Shown here one piece after another: positions 29,431 through 40,276 of a stretch of DNA of 64,000 nt. Every line of letters starts with the position of its first letter. Position 1 is the stretch's first letter. The notes beneath the pieces were generated by a model that did not search any database, was not told where the DNA came from, and saw only the letters and a program-made list of their open reading frames with translations. Position numbers and translations under genes: made by a program. The stretch comes from Myxococcota bacterium (GTDB taxonomy: Bacteria > Myxococcota_A > UBA9160 > UBA4427), in the NCBI GenBank assembly GCA_965250285.1, contig OZ252299.1, positions 1 through 64,000 of the forward strand. The letters run 5' to 3'.

Positions 29431-29850
29431 ATGTCGATTCGAACGGAACGCATTGCGGAGCAGCTGAGGCAGGAGATCTCGGTCATCTTGCGCGACGAGG
29501 TCACCGACCCGCGCGTCGAGACGTGCTCGATTACGCGGATCAAGCTGTCGCGCGATCTCTCGCACGCCCAGGTCTATTGGAGCCCGCTCGGGGGCGACGT
29601 CGACGTCGACGAGATGGAGGACGGGCTGGTCTCGGCTGCGGGCTACGTGCGCAAGCTGATCGCGGGTCGGCTCGACCTGCGCCACACGCCCGAGCTGCAG
29701 TTCAGATACGACCCGTCGATCGGGGAGGGCGACCGCATGCTCGCGCTGCTGAAGGAGGTGCGCGACGACGACGACGTTCGGCGCGCCGAGGCCGGCGATG
29801 GCGGCGATACCGCGGGCGAGGGTGAGCCCGACCCGACGAGAGAGAGCTGA
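29431..29850 (+). CDS. rbfA: Ribosome-binding factor A
   Basis: RTERIAEQL, DPR, SRDLSHAQVY, LRHTPELQFRYDPS. Confidence 0.95.
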   Translation: MSIRTERIAEQLRQEISVILRDEVTDPRVETCSITRIKLSRDLSHAQVYWSPLGGDVDVDEMEDGLVSAAGYVRKLIAGRLDLRHTPELQFRYDPSIGEGDRMLALLKEVRDDDDVRRAEAGDGGDTAGEGEPDPTRES

Positions 29851-29852
29851 AG

Positions 29853-30785
29853 ATGGCCCAGCGACGCAGGAAAGGTCGCCGCGAGGACAAGGGGCCGGCA
29901 GGCTTCGTCGTCGTCGACAAGCCCGCGGGCATGACCAGCCACGACGTGGTCGACGCGGCGCGCCGGTGCTTCGGAGCCCGCCGGATCGGCCACCTCGGTA
30001 CGCTCGATCCCCAGGCCACCGGCGTGCTGCCTCTGGCCGTGCGCGGCGCGACGAAGCTGGTCCCTTTCTTCGATGCGAGCCGCAAGGCCTATGAGGGCAC
30101 GATCACGCTCGGCGTCACGACCGACACACTCGATGCCGAAGGCGAGGTGACCGGCCGCTTCGAGGGCGCGCTGCCCGACGAGGCCGCGGTGCGCGCCGTG
30201 CTGCCCGAGTTCATGGGTGACATCGAGCAGGTGCCGCCGATGTACAGCGCGGTGAAGCAGGGCGGCGTGCCGCTTCACAAGCTCGCGCGCCAGGGTGAGG
30301 TGGTCGAGCGGCCTCCGAAGAAGGTGCGCATCGAGGCGCTCGAGATCGCGGCCTTCGAGGGCGAATCGTTCGATCTCGTCGTGCAGTGCAGCGCCGGCAC
30401 GTACGTGCGCACGCTGGCGGCCGACATCGGGGAGGCCCTCGGCTGCGGCGCCCATCTCTCGGCGCTGCGCCGCACCCGGTCGGGCCCGTTCGAGGTCGAG
30501 CAGGCGGTGCCGCTCGAGCGCCTCGAAGAGGCGGCGGCCGACGATCGCATCGACGAGCTGCTGATCGCACCGCAGTTGGCGCTGGGGTTCCCGATCACCG
30601 AGCTGAACGAGACCGGCGTGCGCAGTCTGCGCAACGGCGGCGAGATCGGCTCGGGCGAGCTGCACCGGTCGGCCCCCGGCACGAAGGTGTCGGCGGTCGG
30701 GCCCGAGGGCGAGATGGTCGGCGTGCTCGAGATGCAGCCCGACCGCACGCTGCGGTCACTGCGGCTGCTGCCGCCGCCGCGCTGA
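29853..30785 (+). CDS. truB: tRNA pseudouridine(55) synthase
   Basis: DKPAGMTSHDVV, GHLGTLDP.ATGVL, QVPPMYSAVK, CSAGTYVRTL. Confidence 0.96.
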   Translation: MAQRRRKGRREDKGPAGFVVVDKPAGMTSHDVVDAARRCFGARRIGHLGTLDPQATGVLPLAVRGATKLVPFFDASRKAYEGTITLGVTTDTLDAEGEVTGRFEGALPDEAAVRAVLPEFMGDIEQVPPMYSAVKQGGVPLHKLARQGEVVERPPKKVRIEALEIAAFEGESFDLVVQCSAGTYVRTLAADIGEALGCGAHLSALRRTRSGPFEVEQAVPLERLEEAAADDRIDELLIAPQLALGFPITELNETGVRSLRNGGEIGSGELHRSAPGTKVSAVGPEGEMVGVLEMQPDRTLRSLRLLPPPR

Positions 30786-30823
30786 GCCCGTGGGGAGATG
30801 CCTGCACCCGCGCCCCTGCTCGC

Positions 30824-30852
30824 TTGCACCGCCCCGGGGTGTCTGCCACACT
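30824..30852 (+). promoter_or_regulatory. Putative sigma70 promoter for rpsO
   Basis: TTGCAC-17 nt-CACACT with an extended -10 TG. Confidence 0.4.
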
Positions 30853-31179
30853 GCGCCGCGTTCGAGGAGGGGGGCTTCGCCCATCGCGGCCGTCCCCCCG
30901 TTTCGTGACCCGGTTTCAAGCGCGCACCGGTCGACTCTGGATCTCCCCGTTCTCGGAATCCGTGGGTTGCCCTGGGGTGGCGCACCCGATCGTCCCGCCT
31001 GAATCCCGTGTCGACCTTCCTCACGCCCCTCTGGCGGAGCGGCGAGGAAGTGAACGCGAACCTCGAGAGCGCCCCCATCCGAATCGACTCAGGGCCTCGT
31101 CGCCCCGGGCCGATGGGTGGGCACGACGAAGAAGCGTGAGAAGAGAAGAAGACGAGAGAACGTACGAAGGAAACGCCCC

Positions 31180-31446
31180 TTGATCAGTGGAGCGACCAAG
31201 CAAGAAGTCATCGAGAAGTACAAGCAGCACCCCAACGACACCGGTTCGCCGGAGGTGCAGATCGCACTGCTCACTGCTCGCCTCGATGAGCTCGCAGAGC
31301 ACTTCAAGACCCACAAGAAAGACCACCATTCCCGACGCGGCCTGCTCAAGATCGTGAGCCAGCGCCGACGCCTCCTCGATTATCTGAAGCGAGAGGACGT
31401 CGAGCGCTACAAGAAGCTCATCGATCAGCTTGGACTGCGTCGCTGA
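31180..31446 (+). CDS. rpsO: 30S ribosomal protein S15
   Basis: [34 protein letters not shown] start after AAGGA gives 88 aa. Confidence 0.96.
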   Translation: MISGATKQEVIEKYKQHPNDTGSPEVQIALLTARLDELAEHFKTHKKDHHSRRGLLKIVSQRRRLLDYLKREDVERYKKLIDQLGLRR

Positions 31447-31537
31447 TCCCACCTGCGCCCCCGCCCCGACCCGATCGGGACGGGGGCGTTCGCGATGGCC
31501 CGCTTGCGAATGGCGCGGGCGAGGCCTCGCAACCATG

Positions 31538-31664
31538 AGGGGTGGATCGAAGATGATTCGTTGCGGAATGTAGGAGTCGGTCATACGTGAACGCGTGCTG
31601 CGGCACGCGCTTCGCGCATGGGTGATCCTGCATTCCAAGACGCATCCCGCTCCGATCTCCCCCC
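31538..31664 (+). promoter_or_regulatory. Long stem-loop in the pnp leader, candidate RNase III site
   Basis: GGAATGTAGGA (31565) pairs with TCCTGCATTCC (31636), with nested catacgtgaa/ttcgcgcatg and cgcgtgc/gcacgcg stems. Confidence 0.6.
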
Positions 31665-31730
31665 AAGCACTCGCAAGAGAAACGTCCGGCCGGGCAAGGG
31701 CCCGGTGACACGGACAGGAGAACGGCAGAC

Positions 31731-33962
31731 ATGCCTTATTGGTTCGAACCGACCACCGTCTCGATGGAGCTCGGCGGTCGAACCGTCACCATCGAGACCG
31801 GCAAGATTGCGAAGCAGGCGGCAGGCGCCGCCCTGGTCACGATGGGCGACACGATGGTGCTGGTCACCGCGGTGCACAGCTCGCCGCGCCCCGGCATCGA
31901 CTTCTTTCCGCTGACCGTCGACTTCGTCGAGAAGTTCGCTGCGGCCGGCAAGATCCCCGGCGGCTTCTTCAAGCGCGAGGGGCGGCTGAGCGACCGCGAG
32001 GTGCTCGTCTCGCGCTTCATCGATCGCTCGATCCGCCCGCTCTTCGCAGACGGCTACAACGACGACACGCAGATCACCGCGACGGTCCTCTCGGCCGACA
32101 GCGAGAACTCACCCGACATGTGTGCGTTCATCGGTGCGTCGGCCGCGCTCGCGATCTCGGAGATCCCTTTCCTCGGCCCGATCGGCGCAGTGCGCCTCGG
32201 CCGCCAGGACGGCGAGTTCGTGATCAACCCGAGCGTCGAGCAGGTCGCCGAGTGCGACATCGAGCTCATCGTGGCCGGCACGCGCCAGTCGATCGTCATG
32301 GTCGAGGGCAAGGCCGACCAGGTGCCCGAGAGCCAGATCGTCGGCGCGCTGCGCGAGGCCCACGGCGAGATCGTGCGCGTCATCGAGACGATCGAGTCGC
32401 TCCAGAGCAAGGTCGGCAAGACCAAGCTCGAGATGGGCGAGGCCGACGATCTGACCGAGCTCGAGAGCGAGATCCGCGGCAAGGCCGAGGCGCGGCTGGC
32501 GGACGCGTTCCAGATCAAGACGAAGAAGGAGCGCAACGACACGGTCCGGGCGATCGAGAAGGAGATCATCGCCGAGTACGTGGCCGAGTACTCCGCCCAG
32601 AAGGTCGCACTCGACAGCCTCGACGCCGTCGAAGAGCGCCGAAACGGCCTCGCGAAGCTGCGAGGCCAGGTGAAGGACATCCTCCACGACCTCGGCGCCG
32701 AGCTGATGCGCGACCGAGTGCTGTCGGGCGGCGACCGCATCGATGGGCGCTCGCCCACCGACATCCGCCCGATCGCGTCGGACGTGCGCGTCGTGCCGCG
32801 GCCCCACGGTGTCGCGCTCTTCACGCGCGGCGAAACCCAGGCCATCGTCACCGCGACGCTCGGCTCGGGCTTCGACGAGCAGACCATCGACGGCATGGGC
32901 GGACGCTTCAAGAAGACGTTCATGCTGCACTACAACTTCCCGCCGTTCTCGGTCGGTGAGGCGCGGCCCCTGCGCGGCCCGGGGCGACGCGAAGTCGGTC
33001 ACGGCACGCTCGCCGAGAAGGCGATCACGCCGGTGCTGCCCGCCCACGAGGATTTCCCGTACACGATTCGCGTCGTGAGCGAGACCCTCGAGAGCAACGG
33101 CTCGTCGTCGATGGCGGCGGTCTGCGGGTCGACCCTCTCGCTGCTCGACGCCGGTGTGCCGCTCAAGGCGCCGGTGGCCGGCATCGCCATGGGTCTGATG
33201 ACCGACGGCGAACGCACCGTGGTGCTGAGCGACATCCTCGGCGACGAGGATCATCTCGGCGACATGGACTTCAAGGTCGCGGGCACGCCCGAGGGCATCA
33301 CCGCCCTGCAGATGGACATCAAGGTCAAGCAGATCGACTGGGACATCCTGACCACGGCCATGAACCAGGCCAAGGACGGGCGCCTGCACATCCTCGACTG
33401 CATGAGCAAGGACACCGAGGAGGCCCTCGGTGGCCTCAACCCGCGTGCCGAGCTGCACGAGTACGCGCCGCGACTCGAGGTGCTGCAGGTCAAGCCCGAT
33501 CGCATTCGCGACATCATCGGCCCTGGCGGCAAGGTGATCCGCGCGATCCAGGAGACGACCGGTACCAAGGTCGACGTCGAAGACTCGGGCCGCGTGTCGG
33601 TCTTCGGTCCCGACGCCGCGTCGGTGCAGCAGGCCATGTCGATGGTCGACGAGCTCACGCAGGAGGCCGAGATCGGTCGCATCTACCTGGGCAAGGTCAA
33701 GCGGGTCGCCGACTTCGGCGCGTTCGCCGAGATCTTCCCCGGCACCGATGGCCTGATCCACATCAGCCACCTCGCCGAGGGCCGCGTCAACGAGGTCACC
33801 GACATCGTGAGCGAAGGCGACGAGGTGCTCGCCAAGTGCATCGACATCGACCCCGCCGGCCGCATCCGCCTCTCGCGCAAGGAGGCGTTGGCCGACATCG
33901 CCGCGCTCGAGGCCGCGACCGCCGAAGGCGACGCGTCGAGCGACGACGGCGACGACGACTGA
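31731..33962 (+). CDS. pnp: Polyribonucleotide nucleotidyltransferase
   Basis: [56 protein letters not shown] and S1 domains. Confidence 0.98.
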   Translation: MPYWFEPTTVSMELGGRTVTIETGKIAKQAAGAALVTMGDTMVLVTAVHSSPRPGIDFFPLTVDFVEKFAAAGKIPGGFFKREGRLSDREVLVSRFIDRSIRPLFADGYNDDTQITATVLSADSENSPDMCAFIGASAALAISEIPFLGPIGAVRLGRQDGEFVINPSVEQVAECDIELIVAGTRQSIVMVEGKADQVPESQIVGALREAHGEIVRVIETIESLQSKVGKTKLEMGEADDLTELESEIRGKAEARLADAFQIKTKKERNDTVRAIEKEIIAEYVAEYSAQKVALDSLDAVEERRNGLAKLRGQVKDILHDLGAELMRDRVLSGGDRIDGRSPTDIRPIASDVRVVPRPHGVALFTRGETQAIVTATLGSGFDEQTIDGMGGRFKKTFMLHYNFPPFSVGEARPLRGPGRREVGHGTLAEKAITPVLPAHEDFPYTIRVVSETLESNGSSSMAAVCGSTLSLLDAGVPLKAPVAGIAMGLMTDGERTVVLSDILGDEDHLGDMDFKVAGTPEGITALQMDIKVKQIDWDILTTAMNQAKDGRLHILDCMSKDTEEALGGLNPRAELHEYAPRLEVLQVKPDRIRDIIGPGGKVIRAIQETTGTKVDVEDSGRVSVFGPDAASVQQAMSMVDELTQEAEIGRIYLGKVKRVADFGAFAEIFPGTDGLIHISHLAEGRVNEVTDIVSEGDEVLAKCIDIDPAGRIRLSRKEALADIAALEAATAEGDASSDDGDDD

Positions 33963-33963
33963 C

Positions 33964-34449
33964 GTGAGCGGAGGCGATCGCGACGCAGCGGGCGACGACC
34001 GACCGGTGGTTCGCGTGCGCGTCGCGAGGCTTCCCCACGCAGAAGGATTGGAACCGCCGCGTCCGGCGACGCCGGGCGCGGCGGGCTCCGATCTGCGGGC
34101 CGCGGTCGAGGCCGAGATCTCGATTGCGCCCGGCGCGCGTGTGCTGGTCCCGACCGGCTTCCGGATCGCGATCCCCGACGGCTACGAAGGGCAGGTGCGC
34201 CCGCGTAGCGGCCTCGCGCTGCGCCACGGCATCACCGTGCCCAATGCCCCGGGGACCATCGACAGCGACTACCGCGGCGAGCTGCAGGTCATCCTGCAGA
34301 ACACCGGCGACGCGCCCTTCGCGGTGAAACGCGGCGACCGCATCGCGCAGCTGGTGATCGCGCCCGTGCCTCGGGTGGCCATCGACGAGGTCGACGCCCT
34401 CGACGACACCGAGCGCGGTGAGGGTGGATTCGGTCACACGGGAATCTGA
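33964..34449 (+). CDS. dut: dUTPase
   Basis: [43 protein letters not shown]. Confidence 0.96.
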   Translation: MSGGDRDAAGDDRPVVRVRVARLPHAEGLEPPRPATPGAAGSDLRAAVEAEISIAPGARVLVPTGFRIAIPDGYEGQVRPRSGLALRHGITVPNAPGTIDSDYRGELQVILQNTGDAPFAVKRGDRIAQLVIAPVPRVAIDEVDALDDTERGEGGFGHTGI

Positions 34450-34538
34450 CGCGCCGCGCCCCGTGCGCGCGGTGGCCCCCCGCCCGGGTGGTATCATCCC
34501 CACTCGATCGGCGCCGATCGTCGGCGCGAGGAGGGGGC

Positions 34539-35597
34539 GTGAGCGAAGCGAGCGATCGAGAAGCGGTGGAGGCCGCCGAGGCCCAGACGACGCCGTCGAC
34601 CGAGGGAGACCCGGCCACCGTCGAGGCCGCCGAAGTCGAAGACGCGACCGAAGAGTTCGCGAACCGACCCGAGCGCAAGCAGAGCGATCTCTTGTTGCGG
34701 CTGGGGACCGCCGCCGTCCTGATCCCCACCGTTCTCTGGATCATCGTGATCGGCGGCTGGCCGTTCATCGGCGTCGTCATGCTCTTCGGCCTGATCGCAC
34801 AGTACGAGTTCTACAACATGATCGAGGCGAAGGGCGCGAAGCCCCTGCGCCTGTGGGGCATCGGCTTCGGCGCGGGCGTCATGGCGGTCGCCTCGTTCGG
34901 CAGCGAGTACAGCGCCACCCTGCTGATGACGGCGTCACTGCTCGTCATGATGGTTGCGCAGCTGCGCAAAGCGGCGATCCACGACGCCCTGGCGAGCATC
35001 TCGGGCACGTTCTTCGGCGTCTTCTACGTCGCTTGGCTGATCTCGCATGCCATCCTCCTGCGCAACTTCGATACGGCCGTCGGCCAACAGTTCGGCGCCG
35101 ACGCGGTCGCGACGCTCGGCTTCACGCCCGAGACGGGTCTCTTCTTGATGATCTATACGCTTGCCGCCGTGATCGGCTGCGATGCGGGGGCGTACTTCGC
35201 GGGCCGGGCCTGGGGCAAACGCCCGCTGGCGCCCGCGGTGAGCCCCAACAAGAGCATCGAGGGGGCCGTCGGAGGCGTCGTCTTCGGCGTCGCGCTCGCG
35301 GCGTTCTTCAAGCTCTTCTTCGACTTCTTCTGGCCGAGCGCATCGGCCGCCATGCCCTGGTCGATCGTCGCGCCGTTCGCCTTCGTGCTGACGCTCGTCG
35401 GCATCGTGGGCGATCTCGTCGAGTCGCTGCTCAAGCGCGACGCCGACGTGAAGGACGCGGGCTCGCTGCTGCCCGGCATGGGGGGCGTGCTCGACCGCAT
35501 CGACTCGCCGCTGCTCGCCTTCCCCGTCATCTACTACATGCTGATCGGCTGGGTCACCTACAAGATGTCCGGCTTCGACGCGGTCGCGGGCCTCTGA
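34539..35597 (+). CDS. cdsA: Phosphatidate cytidylyltransferase
   Basis: Multiple TM segments. DAGAYFAG, SPNKSIEG, GDLVESLLKRDADVKD.GSLLPG.GGVLDRIDS. Confidence 0.93.
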   Translation: MSEASDREAVEAAEAQTTPSTEGDPATVEAAEVEDATEEFANRPERKQSDLLLRLGTAAVLIPTVLWIIVIGGWPFIGVVMLFGLIAQYEFYNMIEAKGAKPLRLWGIGFGAGVMAVASFGSEYSATLLMTASLLVMMVAQLRKAAIHDALASISGTFFGVFYVAWLISHAILLRNFDTAVGQQFGADAVATLGFTPETGLFLMIYTLAAVIGCDAGAYFAGRAWGKRPLAPAVSPNKSIEGAVGGVVFGVALAAFFKLFFDFFWPSASAAMPWSIVAPFAFVLTLVGIVGDLVESLLKRDADVKDAGSLLPGMGGVLDRIDSPLLAFPVIYYMLIGWVTYKMSGFDAVAGL

Positions 35598-35691
35598 GCC
35601 CAGCCTCGAATTCGACTGTTCAGGTCGTCTCGGTGATCGGCCGAAGAGCTGGGGTGCACCCGCTCGCTCGCGCGAGCGCCGAGGAGCCCCG

Positions 35692-36270
35692 ATGTCTCGC
35701 AGCCCTGCCGCACGGGCCAGCGCCGCCCGTGACAATCTCGAGTTCGCCGACGTCTACCGCCCGGGCGCCGTCGATCGCATCCGCGCGCTGATCCCCGCCG
35801 ACGTGCTCGACGTGATCGACACCCGCGCGGGCTCGTCGTGGCTCGAGTTCGAGTACGACCACTATCTGATGGACGGGGCGGTCGAGGTGCTCGGGGTCGA
35901 CGACGCGGTGCGCTGCTGGCACCAGTCGATCGGGTTCCTGATCGACAAGCCCCTGCTCCGCAGCTTCGTGCACGGGGCGCTGCGCATGTACGGCGCGCGG
36001 CCGGGCAAGATCCTGAAGCTCGTGCCCAAGGGCTGGACGCTCGCCTACCGCGACTTCTGCGCGCCGGTCTACACGCTCTTCGAAGAGGGCCACGCCGAGA
36101 TCCGCTTCACCGACGTGGCACCCGAGGCCTTCGAGAGCCCGGGCTACCTGCACTGCTGGCACGGCATCTGCCTCGGCGTCTTCGACCTAGAGAAGCCGTC
36201 GAATGGCCGCGTCGAGTTCGAGTTCGACGCAGCGAAGCTCGAGGCCTGCGCGACGTTCCGTTGGGGCTAA
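35692..36270 (+). CDS. Hypothetical protein (possibly myxobacterial DUF2378/V4R-like)
   Basis: GAGGAG RBS and globular composition. Family guess rests on general resemblance only. Confidence 0.6.
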   Translation: MSRSPAARASAARDNLEFADVYRPGAVDRIRALIPADVLDVIDTRAGSSWLEFEYDHYLMDGAVEVLGVDDAVRCWHQSIGFLIDKPLLRSFVHGALRMYGARPGKILKLVPKGWTLAYRDFCAPVYTLFEEGHAEIRFTDVAPEAFESPGYLHCWHGICLGVFDLEKPSNGRVEFEFDAAKLEACATFRWG

Positions 36271-36277
36271 GCCGAGG

Positions 36278-37888
36278 CTACTGCTCGACGCAGTAGAACC
36301 GGCGCTCGAAGTTGCAGGCGATGCCGCTGCTCGTGTCGGTCCAGTCCGATGTGAGGGTGCCCGAAAGACCCTGTCGACCGGAGACGCCCGACGAACTCGA
36401 CGTCCAGCCCTGGCAATGACTCGGAGTGCCCGTGCCTCCGCCGCCCACCGCAGCGACACCGGACCACACCGGGACGGGGGTCGAGACCGTCGACGAAGCG
36501 GCTGTGACGCTGATGCCAAAATCGAGCGTGCCGTCGGTGAGATCGGCCCAGTCGTCGGCGATGACCGTTCCCAATGGGTCGATATAGGGCGCACCCGACC
36601 GGCTCTCGCGCGTGGCGGGACTGGCGACCCCGTCTGCCAGCCAGGCCTGATACGTGCCTGTGAGGCCCGCCGCATCGGCTTCGCTCTGGCAGGTCGCATC
36701 GGCTCCGCTGAGTCCCCCCAGATCGCCCATCGATGCGGCAGCCGAGAGGAAGATGGTGCGTGGACTGCCCGTGTTGATCAAGACGCCCGTCCCTGACCAC
36801 GACTTGCCGTTGGGCAGCGTGACCGTGATCAGCGGGAACCCGGGCGGCTCGGTGCCTGCGACGGCGATGTCGAGGCTCGTGGGGGTCACGTTGGTCGGCG
36901 TCGGCGACTGCGTGCCGAACTGAGCGGTCATGCCGGGCTCGAAGTTCGTGCCCGTCAGGGTGATCGTCGCGGCCTGACCTTCGTCGAGGACGTCGGGGGC
37001 GAAGCCGGTCACCGTGGGCTTGATCAGGAAGAACGGGAACGAGCCCGAGGTCGACTCGGCGTTCGGGAGCGTGACCGTCACGCTGGCGTCGCCTTCGGGC
37101 TGTGAGCCGACGGTGACGTCGAAGCTCGTCGGCGTGATGTTCGACGGCGTCGGGTTCTGGCTGCCGAAGGCGACGGTCATGCCCGCGACGAAGCTGGTGC
37201 CCGAGACCGTGACGACCGTGCTCTCGAAGCCGTCTGCCGACGCGGGCGAGAAGCCCGAGATCGTGGGCGTGACGACGTTGATGTTCGAACCCTGTGCCAG
37301 CTCGTCTCCGTCGAGGATGCCATCGCCGTCGTTGTCGGCATCGACGAAGTTCGCGCGACCGTCGCCGTCGGTATCGCCGAGACCTTCATCGGGGTGGAGA
37401 TTTTCGGGGCTCTGCCCGTCGAACTGAAAGTACTCGAGCATCTGCGTGATGTACCCCGACTCGATGCCGCCGACGTTCTCGGCGACCTCGGCACGCAGGG
37501 CGTAGGGGACCATGAGGAGCTGGGTTCGCGGGGTGAGGGTTTCGCCCTCGACGGTGACCTCGAGGTGGATCGCGCCGCCTTCGACGACGGCTTGATCGAT
37601 GGGCGTGATGGCCCCGAGCACGACGTCGTAGACGCCGTCGACGACCTGGACGGCCGGGTGGCTCTCGTACCAGAGGGCGGCGCCGCCGGCGGGAGCGTCG
37701 AAGAGCTCGAACTCCATGGCGACGGTCGCGGTGACCGGATCGCCCTGGTCGTCGAGCAGCAGACCCTGGTAGCTGGTTTCGCCGGGGACGGCGGCGAACG
37801 CGCTGGAGGCGATCCAAGCCGAGGCGACGACTCGGACGAGGAGGGATGAGAAGAGTGAAGCCCGGGATCGGAGCGGGCGAGAAGTCAT
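36278..37888 (-). CDS. Secreted surface protein: conserved N-domain, Asp-rich Ca-binding repeat, 2 IPT/TIG domains, DUF1554/endostatin-like C-terminal domain
   Basis: Signal peptide AFA-AV, SYQG...PRTQLLMVPYALRAE, DTDGDG..NFVDADNDGDG, GTNF.PGMT repeats, GDLGGLSGADATCQ...YQAWL...FYCVEQ. Confidence 0.8.
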   Translation of the reverse strand: MTSRPLRSRASLFSSLLVRVVASAWIASSAFAAVPGETSYQGLLLDDQGDPVTATVAMEFELFDAPAGGAALWYESHPAVQVVDGVYDVVLGAITPIDQAVVEGGAIHLEVTVEGETLTPRTQLLMVPYALRAEVAENVGGIESGYITQMLEYFQFDGQSPENLHPDEGLGDTDGDGRANFVDADNDGDGILDGDELAQGSNINVVTPTISGFSPASADGFESTVVTVSGTSFVAGMTVAFGSQNPTPSNITPTSFDVTVGSQPEGDASVTVTLPNAESTSGSFPFFLIKPTVTGFAPDVLDEGQAATITLTGTNFEPGMTAQFGTQSPTPTNVTPTSLDIAVAGTEPPGFPLITVTLPNGKSWSGTGVLINTGSPRTIFLSAAASMGDLGGLSGADATCQSEADAAGLTGTYQAWLADGVASPATRESRSGAPYIDPLGTVIADDWADLTDGTLDFGISVTAASSTVSTPVPVWSGVAAVGGGGTGTPSHCQGWTSSSSGVSGRQGLSGTLTSDWTDTSSGIACNFERRFYCVEQ

Positions 37889-37977
37889 GCAGGGCCTCGG
37901 TCTGGGGGATTCGGACGGATCGTTTTCGACTCGGCGCTCGCGTGGGTCTCCGCCGTCGCCCGAGCGTCTCGCGCTGA

Positions 37978-39321
37978 CTATTGCTCGATGCAGTAGAGGC
38001 GTGTCGTGCTCGTGCCGCAGGTGAGACCGGACGCGCGGTTGCTCCAGTCGGAGTCGATCTCGCCGATCTCGCCGACGCGTCCCGCGACCCCACTCGAGCC
38101 CGAGGTCCAGCCCGCGCAGTGCAGCGCGCCCGCGCTGGTCGCGCCGCTGGCCGTGACGTTCGACCAGACGAGCCCCGATGCGGCCTGGCCCGATGCCGTC
38201 TTGTCGATGCCTGCATCGAGGGTGCCGTCGGTGAGGTCGGCCCAGTCGTTGGCAATGACCGTTCCGGTCGGGTCGACGAAGACGCTGCCGAGCTGGGAGG
38301 CGCGCGTCGCCGGGCTATCGACGCCATCCGAGAGCCAGGCCTGGAACGTGCCCACGAGGCCCGCGTTGTCGGCGTTGGCTTGGCACGTGGCGTCGGCGCC
38401 GGCGAGGCCGCCGAGGTTGCCGCCGCTGCTCGATCCGGTGACGAAGATGATGCGCTCGGTGCGAAAGTAGTACGACGACGCCGTCGTCTCTCCGTTCACT
38501 CGCGTGACCGTGACCGGCACGGTCGACTCGGTGACCGGGCCCACGGTCACCTCAAACGAGGTCGGAGTGACGTTCGTCGGCGTCGGTGTCTCGGCACCCA
38601 CCGTGACCGTCATGCCGGCCTCGAAGTTGGTGCCCTGGATCTCGATGACCGTGGCCGCTTCTCCGTACGAAAACGGAGGATCGAAGCCGGAGATCGTCGG
38701 CGTGACCATGTTGATGTCGGAGCCCTGATCGACCTCGTCGCCATCGAGCAGGCCGTCATTGTCGTTGTCGGAATCGACGAAGTTCGGGCGGCCGTCGCCA
38801 TCGGTGTCGACCGTGCCCTCGTCGGGGTGGGTGTTCCCGGGCTGCTGGTTGTCGAGATTCACGTACTCGATGATCGCGTCGAAGTAGGCCGCATCGAACG
38901 ATCCCAACGAGCCAGCATTCTCGGCGACCTCGGCTCGCAGCGCGTACGGAACCATGAGGAGCTGGGTTCGCGGGGTGAGGGTTTCGCCCTCGACGGTGAC
39001 CTCGAGGTGGATCGCGCCGCCTTCGACGACGGCTTGATCGATGGGCGTGATGGCCCCGAGCACGACGTCGTAGACGCCGTCGATGACCTGAACCGCGGGG
39101 TGGCTCTCGAACCAGAGCGCCGAACCGCCAGCCGGGGCGTCGAAGAGTTCGAACTCCATGGCGACGGTCGCGGTGACTGGATCGCCCTGGTCGTCGAGCA
39201 GCAGACCCTGGTAGCTGGTTTCGCCGGGTACGGCGGCGAACGCGCTGGCAGCGATCCAAGCCGAAGCGACGACGGAGAAGCTAAAGAGCGAAGACAAGAA
39301 TCGATGCGGGCGAGTCATCAT
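37978..39321 (-). CDS. Paralogous secreted surface protein with 1 IPT/TIG domain and a DUF1554-like C-terminal domain
   Basis: Same N-domain as 36278-37888. GNLGGLAGADATCQ...FQAWL...LYCIEQ. Confidence 0.8.
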   Translation of the reverse strand: MMTRPHRFLSSLFSFSVVASAWIAASAFAAVPGETSYQGLLLDDQGDPVTATVAMEFELFDAPAGGSALWFESHPAVQVIDGVYDVVLGAITPIDQAVVEGGAIHLEVTVEGETLTPRTQLLMVPYALRAEVAENAGSLGSFDAAYFDAIIEYVNLDNQQPGNTHPDEGTVDTDGDGRPNFVDSDNDNDGLLDGDEVDQGSDINMVTPTISGFDPPFSYGEAATVIEIQGTNFEAGMTVTVGAETPTPTNVTPTSFEVTVGPVTESTVPVTVTRVNGETTASSYYFRTERIIFVTGSSSGGNLGGLAGADATCQANADNAGLVGTFQAWLSDGVDSPATRASQLGSVFVDPTGTVIANDWADLTDGTLDAGIDKTASGQAASGLVWSNVTASGATSAGALHCAGWTSGSSGVAGRVGEIGEIDSDWSNRASGLTCGTSTTRLYCIEQ

Positions 39322-39329
39322 GCAGATCC

Positions 39330-39914
39330 TCAACGGCGCACGAGGCGTCGGGTGCGCAGCACGCGCACGGTGGTGAAGCCGACCAGGAGCGCGAGGGCGA
39401 GCTGGCCGATGGCTCCGAGCAGCGGGACGAGCTCGGGCAGCGAGAACGGATCGTTCGGGTCGGTGTTGGCCGTCACCTCGACGCCGTCACCGATGCCGTC
39501 GCCATCGGAGTCGACGATCAACGAGTCGGTGCCCGTATCGGAGGGCGAGGCGAAGACGGCCGTGTTGGTCTCGACGACGTCGTCGAGGCCGTCGCCATCA
39601 TCGTCGCTGTCGAGGAAGTACGCCTCGCCGTCGCCGTCGAGGTCGAGGCTCGGCAGGGCGCCGGCGAGCAGCGGGGGAAAGCCGGGCACGATCGAGGCGA
39701 GATCGACCTCGCTGCCCGACGGGCCCACGGGTTCTGACTGGCCGAGCGCGGCGGTGTTCGAGAATGAAGCGCTCGCCGAGCTCGTGCCGCCGGCCGAGAC
39801 GTGGCCCCCGCGCACCGTGTAGCTGGCGCTCGAGAGATCGCCGAACGCGGGAGGCGCGATCCACAAGACGCCCGCAGCGAGGGTCAGGCCGAGTGCGATG
39901 GATGTGTGCGTCAT
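39330..39914 (-). CDS. Secreted Asp-rich (TSP3-like) protein with IPTL-CTERM-like sorting tail
   Basis: Signal peptide, DSDDDGDGLDD and DSDGDGIGDG, then VPLLGAIG, a TM helix and RTRRLVRR. Confidence 0.75.
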   Translation of the reverse strand: MTHTSIALGLTLAAGVLWIAPPAFGDLSSASYTVRGGHVSAGGTSSASASFSNTAALGQSEPVGPSGSEVDLASIVPGFPPLLAGALPSLDLDGDGEAYFLDSDDDGDGLDDVVETNTAVFASPSDTGTDSLIVDSDGDGIGDGVEVTANTDPNDPFSLPELVPLLGAIGQLALALLVGFTTVRVLRTRRLVRR

Positions 39915-40276
39915 TCGGCCACCCTATCACCCCATTTGGGGGATCGGTGCGAAGAATGGGTGGCGAGCCGTCTTCTTTACCTGTGGATAGATCGGTCGCG
40001 ACCCATTGGCGGGGCCGATTCGGCGAGCCGCGCGCAGCATCCCCCGACACCCCCCATGTCGAACGATCGCTTCATCGTGGCGAAGCCCCTTCGCTGAGGC
40101 ACCCGCCCTACGCTCAATGGCGTCACCTGCAACCGGAGTCATGCGTCGAATGCGACGGCGTGACCGATGCCCCCACAATCGCACGCATGGTCGATTCGAA
40201 TCATCTGGGTTGACCAGTAATCAAACTCGGATCGTGATGCCGGGCGAACCCGATCCGCGGGCGGCGAGCGCCGCGC

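Noticed and set aside
36278..39321. Diversity-generating retroelement acting on the lectin-like C-termini
   Set aside because: No reverse transcriptase and no TR/VR pair with adenine-specific mismatches. The near-identity is at the 5' ends.
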